Shown: positions 45,394 through 55,428 of the stretch, one piece after another | Position numbering within the stretch: the stretch's first letter is position 1 | Layout: every line of letters begins with the position of its first letter | From: a virus | Lineage: Duplodnaviria > Caudoviricetes | Reading direction: 5' to 3' (one strand) | Length of the DNA stretch: 64,000 nucleotides | IMG/VR virus record: IMGVR_UViG_3300014205_000188 | Span: 1 to 64,000 of that record | The notes under the pieces: generated by a model | Databases searched by the model: none | What the model was told of the DNA's origin: nothing | What the model saw: the letters and a program-made list of their open reading frames with translations, nothing else | Position numbers and translations under genes: made by a program

Positions 45394-45738
45394 TCACACC
45401 TTGTTGATGTCTTTCTCTTCCAGAATAATGGTGACAGGGGCTTGGTACGTGCACACGTACTTCCTCACAGCAGGACCTTGGTCCCCCTTCCAGTCCACAC
45501 TGGGTTCCCAACGGATGTCTTGGATGGTCAGGACACTGACATTAAGGTTGGGTTGGACCAACTTGACGAGGTCACCCACTTTGAGCGGAGATTGAAAGGA
45601 TTCAGCCTCAGCCTCCGTGTAAACCGACAAGACCTCATCCTCGTCCTCGGTCACGTACACGCCCAAGCGTGTGTCATGTGCCTTAACGGTCTCAGTGTGC
45701 CCATCCGTGTTTACGAACGTGTCTCCCAGATAAAGCAT
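45394..45738 (-). CDS. hypothetical protein
   Basis: Co-directional ORF; LKVGDLVKL. Confidence 0.55.
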   Translation of the reverse strand: MLYLGDTFVNTDGHTETVKAHDTRLGVYVTEDEDEVLSVYTEAEAESFQSPLKVGDLVKLVQPNLNVSVLTIQDIRWEPSVDWKGDQGPAVRKYVCTYQAPVTIILEEKDINKV

Positions 45739-45740
45739 GA

Positions 45741-46070
45741 CTACTTCTTATCGGGCAACAGGGCCCGAAGTTTGGGGGTTAGGTCATCCAGCAGCCAAGT
45801 GACCAATTCTGATGGGGTCCAACCCAGCGTTAGAGCAAAGGCAAGAAGTCGCTCTGACACTTTTTCGTCAAGTTCCAAGTCCCTTTGAATCAGGATGGCC
45901 CTTGAGTCCGGTGGGTCGAAGGGGGCAAAGTAGGTCCCCGGTGCGGGGTAGGGGACGGGTGCTCCCGGATACCACTCAGGATGAGGTTCAAAAGGGTTAC
46001 ATGGTTGGTCTGACGGTACTTGTCCGGGGACCTGTGGGATGGAGAACGGGGTTACGGTGTTTTCGGCCAT
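45741..46070 (-). CDS. Pro-rich protein with ribbon-helix-helix-like C-terminus
   Basis: AGGAG SD; LELDEKVSERL...GWTPSELVTWLL. Confidence 0.55.
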   Translation of the reverse strand: MAENTVTPFSIPQVPGQVPSDQPCNPFEPHPEWYPGAPVPYPAPGTYFAPFDPPDSRAILIQRDLELDEKVSERLLAFALTLGWTPSELVTWLLDDLTPKLRALLPDKK

Positions 46071-46168
46071 GATCTCTCCTATCGTGGCCACTACTCCAAC
46101 CCTTTATTTTGGGCTCCTCATTTTTTTGCCTCTAGCTCTCTGTCAGCAGACTTCTACGAGGTGACACC

Positions 46169-46588
46169 ATGACCGATAAGACCGCTGCCGCTCCTATGTC
46201 CATGTACGAGGCACTCACCCCATCCATCTGGAAGATTGCCCGGAAAGTAGCAGAACGTTTGGACTCCTCTTTGGGGAGCGTCTTCAAGTTGAAGGAAGAC
46301 TCCTCTGACCTGGGTCAGGCTTGGATTTCTTTCACCCATGAGGATGTGCCCAAGTCCAAGTGGTTTTTGTACCTCAATGTGACACTTGCAGAGGATGGCA
46401 AATTCTTTGGTACTTTGCAGTCCTTTGTTGATGGGGACCATGATGACGATCTGGGCCTCTACACAGCGTCTCTGGCCCAAGTTTTTGATGAGCCCTACGG
46501 GAGTGTGGCCAAGATGATCTATGACAAGATTGTAGGTGGGGCTAAGCAAGCCATGGCCGAGCACGTTGACGGCGCTGATGCTCTATAG
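46169..46588 (+). CDS. hypothetical protein (MTDKTA leader)
   Basis: GAGGTG SD. Confidence 0.6.
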   Translation: MTDKTAAAPMSMYEALTPSIWKIARKVAERLDSSLGSVFKLKEDSSDLGQAWISFTHEDVPKSKWFLYLNVTLAEDGKFFGTLQSFVDGDHDDDLGLYTASLAQVFDEPYGSVAKMIYDKIVGGAKQAMAEHVDGADAL

Positions 46589-46662
46589 GTTTTGGCTCCC
46601 TCGTTACCCCGCCTATAACGACCGAAGTGTGAAGGAGACTGTGCCCTTCGGCGGAGGAGAGT

Positions 46663-47514
46663 ATGCCCGACTACAAGAATCAAGACCTCAACCCCCAGAA
46701 TGGGGTGGGTGGAACGTCATATATCTATGACCAGGGCGCCTCGGCTGATGGTCTGCGTACCGCAGTCAGCCAGAAAACCCGTATTCTCACCCCTCATTAC
46801 GGAAACAACCAATCACTCCATCAGATGGGCGTTTTGTCCAGTTTCAGCATTGACATGAGTCGAGGCGTGGAATCTGTTCGGGGTATCGGTTTTGGTGACA
46901 AGATTGCCGAGCAAGTACCCGGGGTTATGGACGCGGTGACGGGCAGCATGGAAAGGGCCCTACTCAATGGAGCAAACTTGTGGGCCTCCACGGGTTATGC
47001 CGCGGGTATCGACGGTCCCATGCGAAGCCTTGCACACCAGAAGTGGCCCTTCGACATTGAGTTGCAGCAGGCTTTCTCCGCCCTCTCCGACGCTGACCTC
47101 GGTGCAGCCAATGTGGGCTATGGTGGTCAGGCAGGTACCTTTAGCGGTGGCGCTAAGCAGATCTCTTACCCTCAGACCACCAGTTCGGGTTCCAAGGGGT
47201 CTCCTTCCTATGACCCCAGTAGCCGGGGTCGGACGGCTCTGCTTACTATTTTGGAGGCATGCTGGTTCACGAGCTATGGTGTGAACTACGCAAAAGACAC
47301 TTCCATCATCATGGAAAACGGTGCCTACAGTGCCACTGACATCCATGACTTTGCCAGTGTCTATGGGGAGTTCCTTGCTACGGGTAACGACCCCACGATT
47401 GGTCAGCTGGGTTCGATGCGCTTTGCCGAAAGTGGCTACAAGATTGGCCCCGCGGGTACTGGATTTAGCGGTGGCGGAACCGTTTCCAGTTTTGCCCAAG
47501 TAACTGCGCAGTAA
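46663..47514 (+). CDS. tail tube protein
   Basis: SRGVESVRGIG...EQVPG...PFDI...CWFTSY; between sheath and tape measure. Confidence 0.75.
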   Translation: MPDYKNQDLNPQNGVGGTSYIYDQGASADGLRTAVSQKTRILTPHYGNNQSLHQMGVLSSFSIDMSRGVESVRGIGFGDKIAEQVPGVMDAVTGSMERALLNGANLWASTGYAAGIDGPMRSLAHQKWPFDIELQQAFSALSDADLGAANVGYGGQAGTFSGGAKQISYPQTTSSGSKGSPSYDPSSRGRTALLTILEACWFTSYGVNYAKDTSIIMENGAYSATDIHDFASVYGEFLATGNDPTIGQLGSMRFAESGYKIGPAGTGFSGGGTVSSFAQVTAQ

Positions 47515-47672
47515 CAACCAACTAGAAAGTCCTCAGGCAGTGGTATAGTCTAAGGGGTTGCCCCCGATGGCCTGACGGGTAAAATGAAGCAGCCCCGGGG
47601 TGTCTATCACCTCGGGGCGCCGTGCATGTGGCCATCTGACTCTTTCCCACCCTGTAGGGCCTGGAGAGCACA

Positions 47673-48776
47673 ATGATGATCACATTTGAGTCATTGGAAA
47701 AAGCCCTGGCTCCTATTGCGGAGGTGGGTCAACAGGAGTTGACTTTTGACCTGGGTGGGACCCTCATCACCCTCTCCGGGATCACCCCTGAGCAGGATAT
47801 CGAGGTGACTCGTTTTGCAAATGAGGCACTCTCCACCGACGAGAGTATGCCCAACACAGCAGATTGGGCCACTCGTTTCAAACTTGCTCTCCTGTCCCAT
47901 GCTATTGTAGCCGTTGGGGATCAGGATCTTCGTGGTGTTGAGACCATTGCTACCGGGGAGACCCTGCCTAATGGGGTTCCTTTGCGCTTGCCCAAGGCGC
48001 AGGCTATGAGGAAGTTGCTCTCCCGTTGGACAGAGTCCGTTCGTAACTTGCTCCTCCGTAAGTATGGAGAGTTGCTCGTTCAGTTGGAACTGAAGTCGGA
48101 CAAGCTGGTCCAGTTTGACTTCATGGATTTGGACGCTGAAATCGCCAACTTGGAGGGTCGCCTGTCCTCCTTGAAGAATGCAAGGGAGCAAGCCCAGGCC
48201 AAGGAGACCACTGAGATCGCCAATATGGTGAAGACCTTGGTGAAGATTGACTCCCAAGATCGAGAAGACTCTCATCAGTTGGTTGATCAGTTCCGGCAGA
48301 CCCCAGTACAAGATGCTAAGATCGATCCCAGCGCCTTTGGAGGCCCCCCACAAGCCCCCAAGGGACCCCGCCAGTCGGTGCTGCCTGACCGGGCCACACC
48401 GCCACCCCCGAGGGCTCAGGAGCCCGTACAGAGGGTGCAGGAGCCCACTCCTGCACCCCAGGAGTATCGGGAGCCTCACCAATCATTGGGCCCCGTAAAC
48501 CTTCCAGAGGAGGACTCCTTCATCGACCCCTCAGATGAAGAGGGTTTTGCTGCAGCCATGCAGCTGGAAAACAGGCGCATGGCTGAGTTGCGGGGGAACA
48601 GATTGAATCGACCCCCACACCTGGCGGCTCAAGAGGTAGTTCTTGAGCCGGAACAGATTTTCAACCCTGCTCCGGCTGAGGAGTACACAGGCCCACTGCC
48701 CCAACGGAGCATTCCCCCTGTGAATGTTGGGTCCAAGTCGATCAACCCTCGTTTCCAGCCCCCCAAGCGGTCATGA
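47673..48776 (+). CDS. putative tail assembly chaperone
   Basis: Position after tube; LSHAIVAVG motif; disordered C-terminus. Confidence 0.55.
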   Translation: MMITFESLEKALAPIAEVGQQELTFDLGGTLITLSGITPEQDIEVTRFANEALSTDESMPNTADWATRFKLALLSHAIVAVGDQDLRGVETIATGETLPNGVPLRLPKAQAMRKLLSRWTESVRNLLLRKYGELLVQLELKSDKLVQFDFMDLDAEIANLEGRLSSLKNAREQAQAKETTEIANMVKTLVKIDSQDREDSHQLVDQFRQTPVQDAKIDPSAFGGPPQAPKGPRQSVLPDRATPPPPRAQEPVQRVQEPTPAPQEYREPHQSLGPVNLPEEDSFIDPSDEEGFAAAMQLENRRMAELRGNRLNRPPHLAAQEVVLEPEQIFNPAPAEEYTGPLPQRSIPPVNVGSKSINPRFQPPKRS

Positions 48777-48779
48777 CCT

Positions 48780-49913
48780 GTGCTGAAGTTGCGAAAGACA
48801 AAGGCGGAGGAACGAACTTCGCTTTATGAGGACGTGGAAGCCCTGCTCACACAGGGCTTCATCACCTCAAGTCTGAGGATCAACTCAGTTCGTTTGTCGC
48901 TGCGATCTCTTGGTCCAGGGGATGTCTTTGTTCTTCGATCCCGTGTGGGTTCGGGAACTGACCACGAGTGGCAGGTTTGGGCCTTGGCCTCAGCCACGTG
49001 GCTTCTGAATGGACAGGTGTTGTTGGGTGACCCCCAGGCAACAGTTCGCGTCTATGAGGTTTTTCGAGGCCTCTCCCGTGGGTCCCTGGACAAGATGTTC
49101 ATAGCCCTGTTGGAGTTGTTCCGACGGCAAAGCAAAGCCATGACCGCGGTGGAGCCCTTTTGCTACGAGACCTCCTCCCGGTTTTTGTGGCGTACCTATG
49201 GTGGACACCACCCAGCTTCTCATGCCGGCATTCCCGGGGTGGATTCACTGGGGACAAACAACATTCAGAGGATGTGGACTTTTTTCAATGTCGTCGAGGA
49301 TCAGCGGATTCATGATGACACGATGTGGGAAGGGTTCAAGCTCTCTGTCTCAGCCACCTCCCCCAAGGGGGTGCAGAAGATTGACAAGCGGGATCAGCAA
49401 CTACGCCAGGAGGAACTGGAACGGCGTCAAATGCTTCAGGATCGTTTCTTCTACCTGACCAAAGGTGTGATCAAGGAGGAGGACAAGAATCTGATGCTGG
49501 AGCACCAAGTCAAAACTGTTGTTGACTTGGAAGAGGAGTTGAGACGCTGGATTGCCGGGGAGGAGGACGATCATGACCGGGCGATCAGGGAATACAAGGA
49601 ACGGATCCTAGCTCGTTACGAACAAGAGAAAGAGGCACGGGAGAGGCGTCGAGCTGAACTGATAGCGCAACAAGATTCAGCTGTGGACGAGACCGAGGCC
49701 CCTCTTCAGGTGTACACCCCGGAACAAGTGCGAGATTTGTTGCGGGGTCAGCCCTCGGTGTCGGATACGGCGGCCGTCAAGTCAGCGGCCCAAGAGCACC
49801 TTCGAGAGAGGTTCTTAGAGACTTACCCTATGAGCACACCCGTGGGAGAGGACTTGACCCAACGTCTCGCCTCACGTCAAGTGTCTTTTAGGACAGAGGA
49901 GTCGGAGGACTGA
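48780..49913 (+). CDS. second putative tail chaperone
   Basis: Precedes tape measure; same frame as the previous gene. Confidence 0.55.
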   Translation: MLKLRKTKAEERTSLYEDVEALLTQGFITSSLRINSVRLSLRSLGPGDVFVLRSRVGSGTDHEWQVWALASATWLLNGQVLLGDPQATVRVYEVFRGLSRGSLDKMFIALLELFRRQSKAMTAVEPFCYETSSRFLWRTYGGHHPASHAGIPGVDSLGTNNIQRMWTFFNVVEDQRIHDDTMWEGFKLSVSATSPKGVQKIDKRDQQLRQEELERRQMLQDRFFYLTKGVIKEEDKNLMLEHQVKTVVDLEEELRRWIAGEEDDHDRAIREYKERILARYEQEKEARERRRAELIAQQDSAVDETEAPLQVYTPEQVRDLLRGQPSVSDTAAVKSAAQEHLRERFLETYPMSTPVGEDLTQRLASRQVSFRTEESED

Positions 49914-52900
49914 TGGGACGCTCAAACGACACGGCACTCCGAATCATGCTTGACCCTGAACTAAAAGGGCTCAAGGAGTTGCGAGCTGGACTGGTGAAGG
50001 CTGTAACGGAATCGACCACCGTCTTTTCTAAGAAGATGGTCATGGGGACCAAAGACAATCTGCAGAAACAACTCAAAGCGGCAGAGAAAGCAGCCCTGAA
50101 GGTTGCAGCCTTGAACCATGTGTTGGCCACCAAGAGTTTTGATGAGGAGAAGAAGAGGCGGATTCAAGCCTCTCTGGCTGAGGCCAAGATTAAATCTCGC
50201 GAGGCGGAGAAGCTGTTCAAGCAGGAGTTAAAGCACGAACAGCGTATCATCACTCGTCGTCAAAAATCGATGGCTAAGATTCTCACCTCTCAAGAGGCAT
50301 CGAAAGCGGCTGGTGCGGCTGGTGCGGCATTTGGAGAGTCCATTGCCGATGCCTTCGACGACTTCATGTCCAAAGACGTTGCCAAGATGGCAGGGGGATT
50401 GTTCAAGCGAGTTGGGTCGGGGACTCAAAAGTTAGGGGAGGGTCTTAGCAAGAAGGCTGCCACTGACTCCGTCTTGGGAAAGATGGGGGGCATGATGGCA
50501 AAAATGGGGCCCGCCATTGCCGCCATTGGGGCTTTGGCTTTGGGTTTCGGAGCCTTGATCAAAATGGTCTTTGACGCTGACGCCCACATGAAGGGTCTGA
50601 ACAAGGCCATGTTGGAGGGGGGCACGGTTGCCAACGACCTAGTGGACAAGTACGGCATGCTCGGTCCAACGCTGAACAAGATCAGTTTGCATTTTGCCAA
50701 TGCCCGAAATCTTGCGGTTGAGTTCGGAATCAAGGCCGAGGAGAGCATGAAGATCCTCTCCGCCTATGGTGAAGCCAACCAAGGGTTAGCTAAGTTGACG
50801 GCGGGGATCAAGGACCAAACACAGGCCATGACAAGGCTGGAAACAGCCACGATTAGGGCCGTGGCTTATAGCCGTCTGTTTGGTATGGAGTCGACTGAGA
50901 TGGCGACCCATTTTGCCGAATACATGACCAACTTGGGTTACACCCTGGAGGGAGTGCAGGAGAAGTTTTCCGGGATTGCTTTGGCAGCTCGAGACTCAGG
51001 TTTCTCGACCAAGCGTTTCACAGGGATCCTTCTGCAAGCCACCTCGGGTATGGCTCAGTACAACGTGCGCCTGCTGGAAACGGCTGATTTGCTCACCATG
51101 CTCATGCAGACCCTGGGTGAGAAAGAGGGCGGAGATTTGCTGGGCCGTTTGGCAGGGGGCAACAAGGGTCAGGATACAAGTACTCTGACTAAGCAAGTTT
51201 TGCTGATGACGGAGGAGAAAACTCGGGACATCCTGCTTAAGGACTCTGCTCGAGCAGCTTCGGATTTCATCTCTAAGGTCAAAGATTTTGAGTCGAGTAC
51301 CGGGTCGGTGGCAATCTCTAAAGCTCTGTCTGCAGCCGGTTTGAGCATGGAGATGACGGGGGACGAGTTTTCTACCGCCTTGGACAAACTGCCATTGGCT
51401 ATTGCCAATGCTTTGCAGGCTCAGATCAAAGCCGAAAACATGGGTCTAGGAAGTACCTTCACCGGAGTCCGAGAGGTGTCTCAGGCACGCAGTGGGGGCA
51501 TGGGTGGTCTTGTGGCGGGATTGAGAGGAGCCGGGGTCTCCGCTAACTTGGCCATGGACTTCATCAAGGCTTTCGGTGCCCTGGGCAAAGATTTGAACGC
51601 AGTGAACAAAAAAGACATTGGTGAGATGATTGCTTTGGAGGGTCTTGCCGGTTTTTCCCGTGAGGAGTTGACCCAAGTTCAGACCGTCGGCGCAGACTTT
51701 TTGGGCCGCATTGAGACTCTGGAACGGATGTCCTCGCTGGCAAAGGGGGGCACAGCAGAGGGGGCAGCTCAGGTCACCACCTTCAATGCCACGACAGCTA
51801 AGAAGTGGGGCATTTTCATTGATGAGGCTGGGCGTTGGTTCAAGGGTAAGCAAGGTGCCTGGACGGAGAATGAGAGTGACAAAGTTTACCTTGACGAGAA
51901 GTCCTTAACAGAAATGATCATGGCCGCTGGCTCTGCACTGGACAAAGTTTCCGAAGACGACGTCAATGAGTCTTTGATGCTGGCTGCGGAAGTGGTTGAT
52001 GCTACCAGAAGCATCGGAGACATTCTGTCAGATCAGATTGATGGGACTCTGACCAAGATTTTCTCCACCATTTCCCAGTTGCTAGCTTGGTTCATGGGAT
52101 CTGGGGACGAGGATGTGAGGGAGAAGGTGCAACTCCTGATGGATCAAAACACTATCCTCATGGAGTCCATAGGGGCTGAGATCGGAGCCCAAAGGGGGAA
52201 GGTCGGGGGTCTACGCTCTTCACTTCGCACGGCTAAGGGGGAAGATCGTGTTCGGATCCAGCGTGAGCTAGAGGAAGAAACGAGGGTACTCGAGGGTCTT
52301 CGGGAGAAGCAAAAAGTTGCTAAGGGCACCGTTCAGGGTTTGAGAGGTGTCCGTTCACAAGAGGATGCCGAACGGTTGTTGGGGCATGACTTGGATGACG
52401 GGTGGTTTGACCTTATTGACCCCGAGATGGACGCTGAGGAACTTCAAAAGGTGCTAGCTCAGCATGTGAAGCAAAAACTGCAGGATAGTCGTTGGGAGGA
52501 CTTGTCCCCAGAACGGCGTAAGGCACTTACGGCTGGTGGTCGCCAACAAGTAATGTCCACGGCTGAAGCAGTGGCCTCCTCGGGTACGAAAAGACAATAC
52601 ATGCATGGTGGTTATCAAACCATCGACCGGGGAGAGTTCCAAAGGGCCAACCCGGACTATTTTGAGTCCATCGGGGAGGAAAAAGCAAGGCAGATGGCGA
52701 AGGCTCGTCTAGCCGCTGAAAACACGGGTCAGGCTCAACCTGGTGTTCCTGGTCTCTATATGGACAGGTACGGGTACCCCTCCTCCGCGCTCTCCCCGGG
52801 CGGCACGACCCTGTTGCCGGAACAAGCTCCAATCACAGAAAAGCAAGCTCAGCAGATGCAACTAGATGCAGATGAGCGTCGTAAGAAAGATGCTCTCGAG

Positions 52901-53317
52901 GCGGCAAGGAAAGCGGAGAAGCATGAGGAGACCGAGAATGATCGGGTGATGAAGAGGGAGGAGGCCCGATTAAAAGATGCACAGTTGTCCTTGATTTTGG
53001 GTGTTCTCGGCAATGACAGCACACCCACGGCTCGAATGGCTGCTGCTAAGGCCCTGTTGGCGGGTGACGCCTCCGGTCTTCCTCCCGAGGTTAGAAAGCG
53101 TCTGCTTGACAATCCAAGAGTGGGTGAACTGGGAAGTACCAGTGTGATGGCACTTCAAGGAGGTGCCTATGGGGCCCGGGTCGAGGGGCCACCCCCCGGA
53201 GCCACAGGAGCAACAAGACCCTGGTCCTCAACCTCGAGGGTGAATGTCAATCACTTCTATCAGGGTACGCCTACCGCTCAACAACTGGAGATTCAGGCTG
53301 AGGCATTCAGAAAATGA
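49913..53317 (+). CDS. tape measure protein
   Basis: 1134 aa, Ala/Gly/Met-rich helical, hydrophobic segment, canonical position. Confidence 0.8.
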   Translation: MGRSNDTALRIMLDPELKGLKELRAGLVKAVTESTTVFSKKMVMGTKDNLQKQLKAAEKAALKVAALNHVLATKSFDEEKKRRIQASLAEAKIKSREAEKLFKQELKHEQRIITRRQKSMAKILTSQEASKAAGAAGAAFGESIADAFDDFMSKDVAKMAGGLFKRVGSGTQKLGEGLSKKAATDSVLGKMGGMMAKMGPAIAAIGALALGFGALIKMVFDADAHMKGLNKAMLEGGTVANDLVDKYGMLGPTLNKISLHFANARNLAVEFGIKAEESMKILSAYGEANQGLAKLTAGIKDQTQAMTRLETATIRAVAYSRLFGMESTEMATHFAEYMTNLGYTLEGVQEKFSGIALAARDSGFSTKRFTGILLQATSGMAQYNVRLLETADLLTMLMQTLGEKEGGDLLGRLAGGNKGQDTSTLTKQVLLMTEEKTRDILLKDSARAASDFISKVKDFESSTGSVAISKALSAAGLSMEMTGDEFSTALDKLPLAIANALQAQIKAENMGLGSTFTGVREVSQARSGGMGGLVAGLRGAGVSANLAMDFIKAFGALGKDLNAVNKKDIGEMIALEGLAGFSREELTQVQTVGADFLGRIETLERMSSLAKGGTAEGAAQVTTFNATTAKKWGIFIDEAGRWFKGKQGAWTENESDKVYLDEKSLTEMIMAAGSALDKVSEDDVNESLMLAAEVVDATRSIGDILSDQIDGTLTKIFSTISQLLAWFMGSGDEDVREKVQLLMDQNTILMESIGAEIGAQRGKVGGLRSSLRTAKGEDRVRIQRELEEETRVLEGLREKQKVAKGTVQGLRGVRSQEDAERLLGHDLDDGWFDLIDPEMDAEELQKVLAQHVKQKLQDSRWEDLSPERRKALTAGGRQQVMSTAEAVASSGTKRQYMHGGYQTIDRGEFQRANPDYFESIGEEKARQMAKARLAAENTGQAQPGVPGLYMDRYGYPSSALSPGGTTLLPEQAPITEKQAQQMQLDADERRKKDALEAARKAEKHEETENDRVMKREEARLKDAQLSLILGVLGNDSTPTARMAAAKALLAGDASGLPPEVRKRLLDNPRVGELGSTSVMALQGGAYGARVEGPPPGATGATRPWSSTSRVNVNHFYQGTPTAQQLEIQAEAFRK

Positions 53318-53928
53318 GTACCACAACCCCAGTCTTCAGGTCCGCTTTCCAATCAGCGGATGACGCCGCCAACACATCCAAGGCGGTGCGGCCCTTTGTC
53401 TTTGACATTCTGGGCCCCGACATGGAGACGTCGATCCTCCCTGAGTCACTGCGCATGATTCTACATGTGCCACCTCAGTCCGTAGCTTTCAGCTATGAGA
53501 AGACCATTGAGCGCATCCCGACAAAGGGTGGGTTCGTGGAGCAACACTGGGGAGACGGACCACAGACGCTGTCTTTCACCATGGTCACCGGGGGGTTTGT
53601 CCGTGTGGCCTCAGGTATGTCCAATGTCACAGGTGGTCCTGGGTCCTATCAGGCAGGAGGGACGAGGAGAGAGACAATCGCCTATGACAAGTATCTGGAC
53701 ATGTTGGCCTTGTATCGCAACAATGGCTCTGTCTATGACAATACTGGGCAGATTGTTTTTCAGGGTGTGATCAAGGTCACCTTTGACAAAGGGGTGTACC
53801 TGGGGTGGTTTTCCAACTTCCAAGTGACAGAGGACGCCACCAAACCTTTTCTCTTCAGCCTGACAACAAACTTCACGGTCTACCGTGAAATCCTACGCTT
53901 GCACTCCAATGGTCTGGGAGGTCGCTGA
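53314..53928 (+). CDS. baseplate/tube-initiator-like protein
   Basis: P.S....Y.K....TKGG.VEQHWG...Y.GWF..F...E. Confidence 0.6.
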   Translation: MSTTTPVFRSAFQSADDAANTSKAVRPFVFDILGPDMETSILPESLRMILHVPPQSVAFSYEKTIERIPTKGGFVEQHWGDGPQTLSFTMVTGGFVRVASGMSNVTGGPGSYQAGGTRRETIAYDKYLDMLALYRNNGSVYDNTGQIVFQGVIKVTFDKGVYLGWFSNFQVTEDATKPFLFSLTTNFTVYREILRLHSNGLGGR

Positions 53929-55424
53929 TGGCCAAGATAGCACCACCCCCACAAAGGACTGCTTCAGCCCCTATCCAACCCACCACCTCCAATAGTGTCC
54001 CTCAAGATGCACCGCAGCCTCTGATCGGCTCTTACTCCACTGTGGTGGACATAGCCTCTTTGCAAAGCTACCAGAGTCAACAACTGGCTGGGGGGACCTA
54101 TTTGAGTCCTGAGTCCAATGCCTCGGCTTACAAGAAGAACGATGAGCAGAGAACTGCTGCCTCCATCCAGAAGTCCCCGGAGCCATCCTCATATCGTCCC
54201 CTTCAAGTGGGACACGCATCCATTGATTATGAGACCTCCTCTACTGTACAAGTCGAGATGTCCTCTCCGCTCCTGAGGAGCTTGTCCCCCTTCATGTTGC
54301 GGGTAGAGCCTCCTCTTGCCTTTGGGGAGGACGGCGGTTTTCTTGCCCGCAAAGGAAACTCCATTCCAGTCAACCTCTTCACTCAGGCCCAGAGATCCGG
54401 GGGGTACGGGGCTGCTCGCAAGGCACTGTCACAGAGTACCTTGGCAGTGGGTGTCAATGGGTTGGTAGGATCCAGTCAAGAGTTCATGCGTGTCAATGCC
54501 AGGTCTGGGACACAAGTGGCTGCTCCTCCGAAACCTGTGGGTGAAACAAATCTAGGTGAGCCCGCTATTGCTGACCTGGCTCAGGCTGTTGACCTAGCGT
54601 GGCAGTTATCCGCCGTGATGCAGGTGGCACCTTTGGTGCTCTTGATCAACCCCCAAAACTTGAGCATCAACTACTCGAAGATTCAGCAGTTTCAGGACCG
54701 TTCCCGGCATGGGTACATTTTCCAGGCATGGGGTGAGGAGCAGCCTAAACTGTCGATCACGGCTAAGTGCGGTGCTTTTGTTTCTGGTGGTCGCGGTGTG
54801 CAGATGGTCAGCCGCCTTGACTCGGTAGCATGGCAAAATCTGATGTCTGCTTTTCACCTCTATCGCAACAACGGTTACATCCATGACATGACGGGTAAGT
54901 CAAATGCCCACCTGTTCGTTGGTGCCTTGTCCATCCATTACGACCAGTGGGTTTACTACGGGCACATGGAGAATTTCAACTGGACGTTGGATGAGGGCAA
55001 CACTCATGGTGGTGTTGAGTTCTCGATGGAGTTCACCGTCTCGTCCATGTTGGATACAGCCTCGCCCTCGTACAACGTAGCACCCATGCGGTCTCCTACT
55101 CCGGCACCGTGGGATGCCCAGTACTTGAGTGGGGCCACAAACTCACCAGGTGAGTTCTCAATTGGGTTTGACTCGGACGGGACACCACGTCTCACAACCC
55201 AAGGGCGAGTTGTGACGGGGGAGTCTTTTGGGCTCCTTGTTCCCGGTGGTCTTGAGCCCATGCTGCAACAGGGGACTGGATGGGTGAAGCCAACCGCGGG
55301 AGCCAATCAGGGGCGGCCCGTGAGTGCCCGAGGATTTCAGGCCACGGGTACAGTGGATCTGCCAGGGCAACGGGCAGTGAATGTGGCTGTGCCCTCTAAG
55401 CTCGGGCCCTTTGGGTTGAGGTGA
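53928..55424 (+). CDS. baseplate/tube-initiator-like protein, paralog
   Basis: LINPQNL...WGEE...LYRNNG.I.D..G shared with previous gene. Confidence 0.6.
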   Translation: MAKIAPPPQRTASAPIQPTTSNSVPQDAPQPLIGSYSTVVDIASLQSYQSQQLAGGTYLSPESNASAYKKNDEQRTAASIQKSPEPSSYRPLQVGHASIDYETSSTVQVEMSSPLLRSLSPFMLRVEPPLAFGEDGGFLARKGNSIPVNLFTQAQRSGGYGAARKALSQSTLAVGVNGLVGSSQEFMRVNARSGTQVAAPPKPVGETNLGEPAIADLAQAVDLAWQLSAVMQVAPLVLLINPQNLSINYSKIQQFQDRSRHGYIFQAWGEEQPKLSITAKCGAFVSGGRGVQMVSRLDSVAWQNLMSAFHLYRNNGYIHDMTGKSNAHLFVGALSIHYDQWVYYGHMENFNWTLDEGNTHGGVEFSMEFTVSSMLDTASPSYNVAPMRSPTPAPWDAQYLSGATNSPGEFSIGFDSDGTPRLTTQGRVVTGESFGLLVPGGLEPMLQQGTGWVKPTAGANQGRPVSARGFQATGTVDLPGQRAVNVAVPSKLGPFGLR

Positions 55425-55428
55425 CAGG

